A DNA stretch of 63,998 bases, filler included, from Octopus bimaculoides (Eukaryota): assembly GCF_001194135.2 (NCBI RefSeq). It is 5 parts of 5 records of this genome, joined end to end, with 100 filler letters (N's around TTAATTAATTAA, not from the genome) between each part and the next. Parts side by side here need not be neighbours in the genome. Positions count along the whole stretch, not along the records: positions 1 to 20,540 come from NC_068986.1; positions 20,641 to 46,781 come from NC_068981.1; 3 more parts are not named here. One strand, 5' to 3'. The position numbers and the translations under genes are program-made. The first letter of the stretch is position 1. Every line of letters begins with the position of its first letter. Shown piece after piece: positions 14,779 through 26,899 of this stretch. The notes below the pieces were generated by a model, which made no database searches, was not told the DNA's origin, and saw only the letters and a program-made list of their open reading frames with translations.

Positions 14779-15698
14779 CAGAGAGGAAGTTGGGATGCTA
14801 GAAAAGGAATAGGATAACGAGAGAGAATATATATATATATATATNNNNNNNNNNNNNNNNNNNNNNNNNNNNNNNNNNNNNNNNNNNNNNNNNNNNNNNN
14901 NNNNNNNNNNNNNNNNNNNNNNNNNNNNNNNNNNNNNNNNNNNNNNNNNNNNNNNNNNNNNNNNNNNNNNNNNNNNNNNNNNNNNNNNNNNNNNNNNNNN
15001 NNNNNNNNNNNNNNNNNNNNNNNNNNNNNNNNNNNNNNNNNNNNNNNNNNNNNNNNNNNNNNNNNNNNNNNNNNNNNNNNNNNNNNNNNNNNNNNNNNNN
15101 NNNNNNNNNNNNNNNNNNNNNNNNNNNNNNNNNNNNNNNNNNNNNNNNNNNNNNNNNNNNNNNNNNNNNNNNNNNNNNNNNNNNNNNNNNNNNNNNNNNN
15201 NNNNNNNNNNNNNNNNNNNNNNNNNNNNNNNNNNNNNNNNNNNNNNNNNNNNNNNNNNNNNNNNNNNNNNNNNNNNNNNNNNNNNNNNNNNNNNNNNNNN
15301 NNNNNNNNNNNNNNNNNNNNNNNNNNNNNNNNNNNNNNNNNNNNNNNNNNNNNNNNNNNNNNNNNNNNNNNNNNNNNNNNNNNNNNNNNNNNNNNNNNNN
15401 NNNNNNNNNNNNNNNNNNNNNNNNNNNNNNNNNNNNNNNNNNNNNNNNNNNNNNNNNNNNNNNNNNNNNNNNNNNNNNNNNNNNNNNNNNNNNNNNNNNN
15501 NNNNNNNNNNNNNNNNNNNNNNNNNNNNNNNNNNNNNNNNNNNNNNNNNNNNNNNNNNNNNNNNNNNNNNNNNNNNNNNNNNNNNNNNNNNNNNNNNNNN
15601 NNNNNNNNNNNNNNNNNNNNNNNNNNNNNNNNNNNNNNNNNNNNNNNNNNNNNNNNNNNNNNNNNNNNNNNNNNNTATATATACTTATATATATATAT

Positions 15699-16252
15699 AT
15701 ATTGACTTTCATGACCACATCACTTGGATGGCCCATGCTTCTAAAAGTTTCACGCACATGAAACCTCTAGTACGTTCTGCAGACGGCAGCCGTACAGTCG
15801 GATTTAAGCAGTTTAAATACTGGACCGAATTTAAAAACGGGGCGAAAGAAACTCAATTATTGGAATGGATTATATGGAAGATACCATTAGGCTGCCTACG
15901 CAGACTGCAAATCTCGAGATGCGAATATGGAATGGTATAAAATCGGATGCAAAATTAAATTTTCTAAAATGTAAGTAATGATAGAGCAGTACGCATAATA
16001 TAAGGGCAAATATTTTTTTTTAAATGGGGGCACGTGAAATTTTGCAGTCTGCGTAGTTAGCCTAATGGTATCTACCACATAATCCTTTCTAATAATTGGG
16101 TTTCTTTCGCCCCGTTTTTAAATCCAGTCCAGTATATAAACAACTTAAGTCTGATGGTATGGCTGCCGTCTGAAGAACGTACATGGGTTTTATGTGCGTG
16201 AAACGTTTAGTAGCGTGGGCCATACATGCGAGGTGGTCATGAAAAACAATAT
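15699..16252. mobile_element. Fold-back element with ~215-bp inverted arms, each carrying a hammerhead-like core
   Basis: 15699-15915 is the imperfect reverse complement of ~16035-16252. Cores are CTGAAGA..GAAA at 16170-16203 (+) and CTGCAGA..GAAA at 15737-15790 (-). Confidence 0.75.
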
Positions 16253-16513
16253 TTACTCTCGTTAGATGGAGTACTCCTTTTGTTGAAAATAGACATACGG
16301 AACACATATATATATATATATAAGTTATGTGTCTTTGTATATATAACGCTATCAATCTATCGATATATCTGTGTCTGTATATACATGTTCATGTTTTTGT
16401 GAATGTATATATCTACCTTTTTGTTTCTCTCACATCGTCACTCTTTCTTTCTTTCTCTCTCTCTATACATATTTATGCGTACGTGGATGCGCTTGCCGAC
16501 CTGCGTGTGTGTT

Positions 16514-16564
<51 letters not shown>

Positions 16565-16927
16565 NNNNNNNNNNNNNNNNNNNNNNNNNNNNNNNNNNNN
16601 NNNNNNNNNNNNNNNNNNNNNNNNNNNNNNNNNNNNNNNNNNNNNNNNNNNNNNNNNNNNNNNNNNNNNNNNNNNNNNNNNNNNNNNNNNNNNNNNNNNN
16701 NNNNNNNNNNNNNNNNNNNNNNNNNNNNNNNNNNNNNNNNNNNNNNNNNNNNNNNNNNNNNNNNNNNNNNNNNNNNNNNNNNNNNNNNNNNNNNNNNNNN
16801 NNNNNNNNNNNNNNNNNNNNNNNNNNNNNNNNNNNNNNNNNNNNNNNNNNNNNNNNNNNNNNNNNNNNNNNNNNNNNNNNNNNNNNNNNNNNNNNNNNNN
16901 NNNNNNNNNNNNNNNNNNNNNNNNNNN

Positions 16928-16993
<66 letters not shown>

Positions 16994-17867
16994 TGTATGT
17001 GTGTGTGTCTGTGTGAGCAAAATATAGGATGTACTCATGAAAGACTACTTTACCATTGAATAGTATCTGGAGCCGGAAGGGAAGCGAAATTCATAACATT
17101 GATGTAAGCTATTCTCTAGTTTAAACGGTAAAAACTTGCGTTAAATGATTTGTAAAGGTGATGCGTCTATGTAGCCGATATTCATAACTATCTCATGCAG
17201 AATTATTATATATGCTCAACAAAAGACGATAAATGTTGTTGAGGTGCAGACACACGGAAAAATATGATTGTTTGAAGATATTTCAAAGATCAGATGAGAT
17301 AAAATCAGACTGGCGAATGAAAGAAGGGAATACAATGGGGGATTGAATTGGAAGAAGAGAAAGATGGAGAGAGTGTGTGTGTGAAAGAGAGATGTGAACG
17401 GAGGTAGAGAGAGGGAGAGAAATGCCACCTTAATAGATTTACCTATGTTTTTATCTTTATTTATCGCTCCGAGTTTTATGTAAACTAAACGCAAAAATCC
17501 GCACACAAACAAAGAAACAAACACACTCATATACATGAATGTACCGATATGTATAATAAATATATGTTTATATGTGTGTATATAGATATATAAATATTGA
17601 ATATAAATGTGTTGAATATACATAAATATATTTAAATATATATATATATTTGTATATAATCGTGCATAAAAGCATTTGTATATATATGTATATATATNNN
17701 NNNNNNNNNNNNNNNNNNNNNNNNNNNNNNNNNNNNNNNNNNNNNNNNNNNNNNNNNNNNNNNNNNNNNNNNNNNNNNNNNNNNNNNNNNNNNNNNNNNN
17801 NNNNNNNNNNNNNNNNNNNNNNNNNNNNNNNNNNNNNNNNNNNNNNNNNNNNNNNNNNNNNNNNNNN

Positions 17868-17899
<32 letters not shown>

Positions 17900-18159
17900 C
17901 GTATATATGAATGTGTGCATATAAAACCCATACACACATATACATATACAGCCACGTGCGCGCGTACACACACATACTCATATATATATATACAGACACA
18001 CACACTTTCGCTAAATGCATTGACAGATACCTGTTTGGAATACCTATACTGTAAAATAATATGGGATAAATAGACCAAGAAACACAAAATATTTTGGTAG
18101 ACACATCAGTCAATATATACGCAGAGCATATTTGTGTAAAGTAATTGTATGATGTCGAC

Positions 18160-18610
18160 TTAACGTGACACTACCATGACGGGAATCATATAACTGCTAT
18201 TTAGGCCTAGGAAGCTGCACCGCTCCGTGTCGGCCTTGGCACATTGTGTCCTTCTGCTTACGAGGAAGAGACAAGCACCTCCACCCAGCCAAGCCTGCAT
18301 CCTTGGACATGTTTCTGGGTTTTTTCTCGTCATCAGCCTGGAGTAGCAATGGCCTGCTAGTTGGAGATGCCTGTCAAGCTCTCGTAAACATTTAATAATT
18401 GTAGGGAAACACATTCACTGATTCCAAAATTAGAAATGATACATTTCTAAATCTCTCAGAGAGAATTCAGAAGACGTGGAGTTGAATCTATTGATGTGGT
18501 CTACTCCCAGGTGTCCTGAAGGTTGGCTCACCTTGAATCTGTCCTGCGACTCTTTCTTATAAGTTTCTAATCGCATACCCGTAGTACCGTAGCTGTGACC
18601 CCGCGAAATG
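18160..18610 (-). mobile_element. Penelope-like element 3' remnant (GIY-YIG fragment plus hammerhead-like terminus)
   Basis: The minus ORF contains GHSY-GTTGMRLETYKKE, resembling C..YIG.T.R.L..R.KEH. It is followed by CTGATGA..GAAA-CATG-TC at 18341-18301. Confidence 0.6.
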
Positions 18611-20196
18611 CATGCAAATGCATATTTATTTCGGAGGGAATTTAGCATTTACAAGGTAACACTAAGCACTGACGTCGATGTTTCGGCTATAACACCTTTT
18701 TCTATATACATACATACATACAGACTTACACATATAAATCTATATGTGCGTGTATGTGTTTATGACAGTGTATATACATATGTAATTATTTACGTCTATA
18801 TAACTCCTTTACACATATGCACAAACATACAACTATACATACAGATATACATATATATATATATATATANNNNNNNNNNNNNNNNNNNNNNNNNNNNNNN
18901 NNNNNNNNNNNNNNNNNNNNNNNNNNNNNNNNNNNNNNNNNNNNNNNNATATACGTGCTTAGGTATGTTTGCGTGTGTATTTACGTATGTAGGTATATGC
19001 GTCTATAAAACTCATTGCATAACCAATTTTCGACAATGTCTCGTGAAAAAAATTTATTAATAAAATAATGTATGTGTCTTGTAATGCATTGACGTCTTAT
19101 GCCGTCAAGGAAACTATTAAATATTATCAACAGAAACAATTTCATGCAGAAGCGGTAGGTGTTGAATCGTCCTTTTTCGATTAATATGTGCAGTAAAACA
19201 GACAAAACTTTTCTTCAGTTTCCATCAAGGTATTGTCCAAGAGAAGATAATAAACGTACGAAAATTCCTCATTAAAATTCGCTCAATATAGAATATTTGG
19301 CTTTAACAAACTTTTTAAGATGCTGACAGCCGAAAACAATAGGAAGATATGTATTACTATAACCAGATTATTATAAATGAAGTAAGAAATTGTAATATTT
19401 CCTTTCTAACGTATGTGCAGTTAGTGGAAATTGCATTGAAGAATCTGTGATATAAGCAAGTAGAATTAAGCAAAATTTGAAAGATTAAACGCTTACGAGT
19501 ATGAGCCAAATGAAAATCTTAATGTTGCACATAAATATAAATTTCTTATATTACAAAGGATAGCTGACACACTAAATTGACATGGAAAAATGATTCTTCA
19601 AAAATATCAATATACACCGACGTAATAAGTGACATCATACGTATACATAAGGACACGTATGGTATCAAACATTCGCTATAGAATTTATAGCATGAAAATT
19701 ATAGTCATTTTCAAACATTATACTAAAATTTGAAAGAGTCGTTCCGGATTGGTTTTATCAAACACCCATACCCTATATTCTCATGTACCCGATTGAATAA
19801 CTTAACGACATAACAATAAAAATAGCAAGAGGTGTTATTTATATTTTCATCAAAATATCTTCGATTATATGTACAAATATGCATGTGTGTGTGTATATAT
19901 GCGAGTGTGTATGTATGTATATGTATATCTATATATATGCATGTTAACATAAATATAGATGAATATGCACGCACGTACACACACACACACAGATATATAT
20001 AGAATTGCATAAGTATATATAAAGATACATATATAATTGTGTGAGCGTGTGTGTGTGCATGTTTTCTCCTTATGTTGTTTCAGTTATTATAATGTGGTCA
20101 TGCTGGAGCACCAGCAAATTTAAACCAGTACTTAAATATTGACGTCTGGCACTTAACGGCGACTATAGGAAATAAGCATGAATGCACACACGTAAA

Positions 20197-20257
<61 letters not shown>

Positions 20258-20540
20258 GTCAGTTTGTCTGTCTATCTATCTGTGTGTGTGTGTGTGTGTG
20301 TGAGTGTGTTTGTGTAAGTCTTTCTTATTTCTTTCTATCTGTCTGCATATATATCTGTATACATACAGATAACAAATTGCCTAGGCCTTGTTATCTTATT
20401 TTATTTAACATATACATGCTCACACACAACCTTCCTTGAACTTCTCACTCATGCTATTATTGAAGAGGGAGCTTAAGAGCGGGGCTTCCGTAGCGCTTAC
20501 ATAATGTTACCCGCTTTTCGGGTAACATTAGGATAGGAAA

Positions 20541-20640
20541 NNNNNNNNNNNNNNNNNNNNNNNNNNNNNNNNNNNNNNNNNNNNTTAATTAATTAANNNN
20601 NNNNNNNNNNNNNNNNNNNNNNNNNNNNNNNNNNNNNNNN
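20541..20640. other. Artificial scaffold join N44-TTAATTAATTAA-N44
   Basis: Identical 100-nt layout at 46782-46881, 58749-58848 and 62826-62925. The 12-mer places stop codons in all six frames. Confidence 0.95.
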
Positions 20641-20649
20641 ATATATATG

Positions 20650-20693
<44 letters not shown>

Positions 20694-21374
20694 TGTGTAA
20701 TGGTATCCGTCTGTGTGTATGTTTGGGGTTACTCTAACTCCTCCAACACTGTCCAACTGATTTTAATGATTTTCATGCCCTGAAGTTCAAATAAGGCCGC
20801 CGGAATTTTTCAAGAACTCGATAATGCACAGTTGGCATAGATTTTTGTGAGCTCAATTGGGTGTTTGAATGGAAATTCCCATAATGATGTTTTTTTCTGC
20901 TGCTTTTGCATTTTTTGTCTGATTTTGATGAAAATCGATGAGTGAGCGAGGCTCATTGGCAGTGAGTTGATATCACTATATGGCGTTGACAAAAAAATCA
21001 ATAACTGCACCTGAGCAGTAGTTTCTCAAAATCAATAGGCTTTTTGTGTGCAAATACCCATAGGGATTTTATTTTGGGGCATAAGTTTTATATTTTTCAT
21101 CAGATTTTAATGAAATTTGAGATTTGGGCAAATTTTGTGGTAGGGGAGACGGTAAAGGTTTTAATTTAATTCTAAAGGAATCAGAAGGGCACAAGCATGT
21201 ATCAGCTTTTTTCAGAGACTATCGATTTTTAAGATATGTTACACGTGATTACAGTTCATGTCCATAAGTTGAATGCAGCATGTAGAGTTGACAAAAATTC
21301 AATAATTGCACATTAGCAGGGGGATATTATAAAATTAATAGGCATTTGTGTGCAATTGAACTACNNNNNNNNNN

Positions 21375-21759
21375 AATGGAGTAATACGCATATGTTAGAT
21401 GAATTCTTTTATTTCTGACATATGTTTCAAAGATTACAAATGGTTCCTTCCAAAGGAATAAGTGATGTTGATAAAGATGTAATCTTCTCTTCAGGGAAAT
21501 ACATAGGATCCAACTTAACAGTAAGACATTTTAACCGAATGTGATAACTGTGGTTAGAGATACGTAGCAATCTTCTCTACCCACAGTTATCACATTCGGA
21601 TAAAATGTCTTACGGTTAAGTTGGATCCTATGTATCTACCTGAAGAGAAGATTACATCTTTATCAACATCACTTATTCCTTTGGAAGGAACCATTTGTAA
21701 TCTTCGAAACATATGTCAGAAATAAAAGAATGTGCTTAACATATGCGTATTACTCCATT
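21375..21759. mobile_element. 385-bp near-perfect palindrome of two hammerhead-bearing units (probable Penelope-like terminal repeats)
   Basis: Arms 21375-21560 and 21574-21759 with a 13-nt spacer. Scattered mismatches between the arms argue against a pure assembly fold-back. Confidence 0.8.
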
Positions 21760-21930
21760 TATTAAATTTTTATATTTACTCAAATACCCAAAATAACAGG
21801 GAGTTTCTACCTCATAAACAGGAGTTACACCACAGTCATTTTGTGATCTTTGCTACCCTGGTATCTGTTAACCAATTTATTTTGTCAGAGTTAATTATTA
21901 ACTAAGAGAATATAAATACATATAATAATA

Positions 21931-22313
21931 GGCGTAGGAGTGGCTGTGTGGTAAGTAGCTTGCTTACCAACCACATGGTCCCGGGTTCAGTCCCACTGCG
22001 TGGCATCTTGGGCAAGTGTCTTCTACTATAGCCTCGGGCTGACCAAAGCCTTGTGAGTGGATTTGGTAGACGGAAACTGAAAGAAGCCCATCGTATATAT
22101 GTATATATATATGTTTGTGTGTCTGTGTTTGTCCCGCCAACATCGCTTGACAACCGATGCTGGTGTGTTTATGTCCCCGTAACTTAGCGGTTCGGCAAAA
22201 GAGACCGATAGAATAAGTACTAGGCTTCTAAAGAATAAGTCCTGGGGTCGATTTGCTCGACTAAAGGCGGTGCTCCAGCATGGCCACAGTCAAAAGACTG
22301 AAACAAGTAAAAG
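21931..22313 (+). mobile_element. tRNA-derived SINE family A, young CpG-intact copy
   Basis: Near-complete copy homologous to 3076-3488, ending at a gap. Confidence 0.85.
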
Positions 22314-22714
22314 NNNNNNNNNNNNNNNNNNNNNNNNNNNNNNNNNNNNNNNNNNNNNNNNNNNNNNNNNNNNNNNNNNNNNNNNNNNNNNNNNNNNNNN
22401 NNNNNNNNNNNNNNNNNNNNNNNNNNNNNNNNNNNNNNNNNNNNNNNNNNNNNNNNNNNNNNNNNNNNNNNNNNNNNNNNNNNNNNNNNNNNNNNNNNNN
22501 NNNNNNNNNNNNNNNNNNNNNNNNNNNNNNNNNNNNNNNNNNNNNNNNNNNNNNNNNNNNNNNNNNNNNNNNNNNNNNNNNNNNNNNNNNNNNNNNNNNN
22601 NNNNNNNNNNNNNNNNNNNNNNNNNNNNNNNAGAACTGTTCTTTTCGGAAAAAAAAAATACAAACAGAAGGGATCGAAAGCATTTGGGACGTGTAAACAG
22701 TGAAATAACAATGT

Positions 22715-24722
22715 TCTGTTTATAATAAAGTTCCCAAAAGGGGGAGTAAAAATGTAATACAGATTAGGTTTATCCGTGGAAAGAAAAGCCTACATAAAAG
22801 ACCATGATAACCTCAGGCAGGGAAAGAGCACGAGAGCAAAGTGTTCTCCCTCTCTCTTTTGGATTTACAAGTTCATGCTCAAAGTAGTTTCGTCATTCAC
22901 GCTTACAATCTTTGCTACATTCATCCACCTTTTATTGAAACTTTCATGAAACAAAGCTTCCCTCTCTATTCTCACCTTCCTTTTCATGTGTTACTTGAAA
23001 AAGTTGATGAGCGATTGGCCAGAGAGGAAAGTGTTTGTCTCTAAACCTTTCAAATGCATTCACATATTCTTTCATCATAGCCACCAGTATGGTGAAAACT
23101 GCTCTGCCTTCCTAGTTAAAGGAAAGTGGTGGGGCAATATTCATGATAAACTCGGCCAATAACCGAATTTGTCCTACACATGATAGCAGCTGTTGGACAT
23201 AAATCCACAGGTCTGAAATAGTTGGACACTATACGCGTGTGTGCGGAACGGTTTCGTTGCTCTGACCACATCTTGGGCAGGTTGGTTCAGTGTTTCTTGA
23301 ACCGTGTCTGTAAAGCTTATCTCAAACAAGCAGTGCTTCCCAATAGCACTGCCAGGCCAGTGATCTCTGGTGATTGTCCATAGGTCCCGGCCTGAAAGTG
23401 GTCCTTAGAGGCAGGACAGCTTTTCCTCATCAATGCCCAGATTCTCCCCAAGAACGTTGTCACACCTCCCCTCCACTAATACTCTATGGAACACTTTTGT
23501 GGAAGTAGAGTTGCACAAGTTTGGTCCTGGGTGGCAGAGTTGCTTGAGAGCATAGCAACACTCATGGTGCCTAGTCTCAGTCTCTGTTTGATCTATGACT
23601 GCAGTTCGGCCAAAGAGATGAGTTGTGGGAAAGCGTGTCTCACAAATGGCGACCACACCTGTTCACCATCATCTACGAAGTGCTGGAGATGTCGCAGTCT
23701 CAGCACATGACTGTGCATCATCAACTATGGCATGCCCAGCCCTCCATTTAGTGCGATTTGACAGCAAATGGATTGCCTAACCATCAGAATGTTTCCCTTC
23801 CACAAAAAGCAGAAGAGTATGCATTCCAGTTTGGTGATGGTAGGGTCAGGACAAGGCATGATAGTCAGGTAATAATAGATGACGGATGCAATGTACGCAT
23901 TCGCTACCTCTGCCTGACCTTTTAGGGATAGCTTCTCTCTGCTCATTGCTTGGTGAGAATGGCTACCCTACTTGTAATCTCATCCCAGTTCTTCTTCATT
24001 TGGAGGTCTGGTCTAAACTGGTCCATCAGTCTAGTGTCCCATGATGGCAACACTAGTGGACAGCATGGGCCTGTTTCTCCAGGTGCTGAGCCTCAAACCC
24101 ACTGACTTTTCCAGGTTAATTTTTGCTCCCATTACCGCTTTGTATTCATTTAGTGTCTCGCAGACCAGGTCAATAAACCTGTGGCTTTACACCATGACAG
24201 TGACATCGTCCACATGTGCAAGCACACTTCTCCTACATTTCAGTTCTCGTGGGATGCCTCTCAGCATCACTAGCTTCCACAGTAGTGGCTCAAGAGTCAA
24301 TACATACAGAAGTGACAAGAGGGGGCATCCCTGATGGACCAAATGCATGATGTGAAATGGTTTAGACAGATGCTCATTCGCACAATCCAATCATGAAAGA
24401 CGGGAGTGAAACCAGCTGTCCTGAGGATAGATTCCAAGTATTGATGGTCTACCCTATCGAAAACTTTGGAGTGATCCATATTGATCAGTGCCCCACCCAT
24501 GCCAGGTTCCTTAACTACCCAGTCTATGATGTAGCACATGAGGTGGAGGTTGTCATGGATACTTCTGCCCGGCACAGCGCATGTTTGCACCTTGTCGACT
24601 AGTTTCTCGATGACAAGCGCCAATCTCTCAGCTAGCACCTTAGCCAAAATTTTCAAATCTGTGTTGAGCAGAGTGATGGTCATCTGCAGCTGTGATGGGT
24701 CTTTCACAACACTCCACAGGGT
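22715..24722 (-). mobile_element. 5'-truncated, degenerate Tx1/L1-clade non-LTR retrotransposon
   Basis: RT fragments ITLLNTDLKILAKVLA..QTCAVPGRSIHDN..D..KVFDRVDH, QGCPLL.LLYVL.LEPLL, (Y)VDDVTV and C-terminal LSLKG.AEVAN..I.SV..Y.L; many frameshifts. Confidence 0.85.
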
Positions 24723-24908
24723 AGACTTTAGTGCCTACCTGCATTGCCTGCAGGTAGGCACTAAAATTTACATTGCGTTCTGACGAAGACAGACAGACAG
24801 TTAGTTAGTTTGTTAAAAAGTGATGGTGGAGACAGTTTGTTTCAAAGAACTCAAAAGTATGTTTAAAGATTGTTTTATATTTGTTACATTGAATGACTTT
24901 TGTAAAAT

Positions 24909-25130
24909 ACTAGCAGAAATACCCGGCGTTTCCTGGGTTAAAAACTAATGAAATTTATCAAATATTAAAAACTAGAAGTCAAAAATTGGTGAATATGAAA
25001 AAATTGGAAATTAAAAACAGTTTGTTGTCATATTTTGTGCATAGTTAAGAACATTTGCTTCCACCTTTACTTTTTAACCATAACTTTTGATTTGTATGGA
25101 TTCTTAACACCTTTTCAATTATATATATTA
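24909..25130. mobile_element. Non-autonomous Helitron/Helentron-like element
   Basis: Starts TACTAGCAG..ACCCGGCGTTTCCTGGG, a CTAG terminus with a GC-rich subterminal hairpin. Confidence 0.5.
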
Positions 25131-25873
25131 GAATATTATATTTCTTCTTAATGTTCTTTGTGTTTACATTCATGTAATATAGATATTATTTTCAATTGTT
25201 TGAAATTTAACTTGTTTTGGTTTACTTTGGTAACATTCATCGTCATCATCATTTGATGTAGGTTTTCCATGCTAGCATGGGTCTGACAGTTTGTCTGAAA
25301 ACTGGTAAATGGGGAGATGCACCAGGTTCCAATCTGATTTAGCATGGTTTCTATGGCTGGATGCCCATCCTAATGCCAACCACTCCAAGAGTGAGTGGGT
25401 GCTTCTCACATGCCACCGGCACAGGTACCAGTTGCATAACAACTGCATTGGCCACAACTATGATCTCACTTGGCTTGACAAGTCTTTTCAAGTATGGTAT
25501 ATCACCAAAGGTCTTGATCACTTGTCACTGCCTCCCTGAGGCCCAAAGTTTGAAGGGTGCTTTTCACTGCTACCAGCATGGGTGCAAGTTATGCGACAAT
25601 GGCATCAGCACTAGCTACTCGACACTAGCATTGACACTGGCACTGACACTTGATAACAATGTGTTAGTGTAAATTTTCAGATATATTGATTTGACTGGTA
25701 TTTTGTATCTTTTTCTATATCTGAATATACTGGCATAATAGAATTGATCATTGGGAATGTAAGGTGTAATCATCAATTAAGGATATGGTTTTCTCCATTC
25801 TTGTTATTCATATTGTTATATACATGTGTGTGTGTGTGTGTGTATATATAATATATATATATGTGTGTGTGTG

Positions 25874-25909
<36 letters not shown>

Positions 25910-26899
25910 TGTATGTATGTATGTATATATATATATATTTATATGTTTATAGCATAGAGAAAATAGCACTGCTAGGCACTGCACACATCCTATAAAGACC
26001 ACTCTCAATGTAGTAAAAAATAAGATATATTAAAATATAGCTCTGAAACAAACCACAGTACATACCCAAGGTGCACTGAGTCACACTTAGTTGTGCAGTG
26101 AAAGTATGCAATTAAAGTGAGACTAAATAATAATAATGCTTAGTTTGAAGTTGAATACAAAATGCATTGCATACGATTTTCTTTCTAATCAACTTTGGAA
26201 GGCTTGCTGACTCTCTCTGTCTCACTTTAAAATAGTATTAGATATTTTAGTATTCATACATCATTTCTCTTTTTCACTTGGCCCTTATGGTCACTGTTTG
26301 TACTGATAGAAGTGCAAGCAAGAATTTAATGGCTAGATAAAATCATTTGTTTACTCCTTTTCTATGTAGAATAACAGTATAAATACATTTTTTAACTTGT
26401 TTTCTTTTTCTCATGAAATTTCAGATATGTTAAATTTCCATTGTATTTTATTTGTATCTGCAACATTGAAAACTTGCTTGTGTTTCAGCAATGTACACAC
26501 CCAATCCCATTCTCCTGCCATCCACACCAGAAATCTTGATCAAGATAGTGGTAAAGATTGACAAAATAGTGATAGTAGTGATGAAATTGGTAATAATAGA
26601 GATAGTAAAAGTGTTGGTGTTAGTAAAAATGACGACAGTGGTAGTAGTTGTGGTGAGGATAGTAATAATAATTATGATAACTAGGGTAATGATAATGTTA
26701 GTAAAGAATATTAAGGTATTAGACCAAGCAGTGATGATGGTAACTGGCGAGGAGAGGACTATCAGTTGTCTATTTTGTACTTGTCTTATTGCGTTGGTCT
26801 GGAGGGAGTGTCTAGCAAGCTTCCAATGTTGGTGAATGTATTCTGTAATTAGATTTAAAATAAATATACTAATGGTCGGATCTGCAAATAAACCAGCTA

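Noticed and set aside
20502-20530. 12-bp hairpin TAATGTTACCCG/CGGGTAACATTA resembling a terminator
   Set aside because: Eukaryotic context, next to a scaffold join and probably part of a truncated repeat; no function can be supported.
20585-20596. TTAATTAATTAA motifs as regulatory or homeobox sites
   Set aside because: Each is centred in an identical N44/N44 block, so it is an assembly linker.
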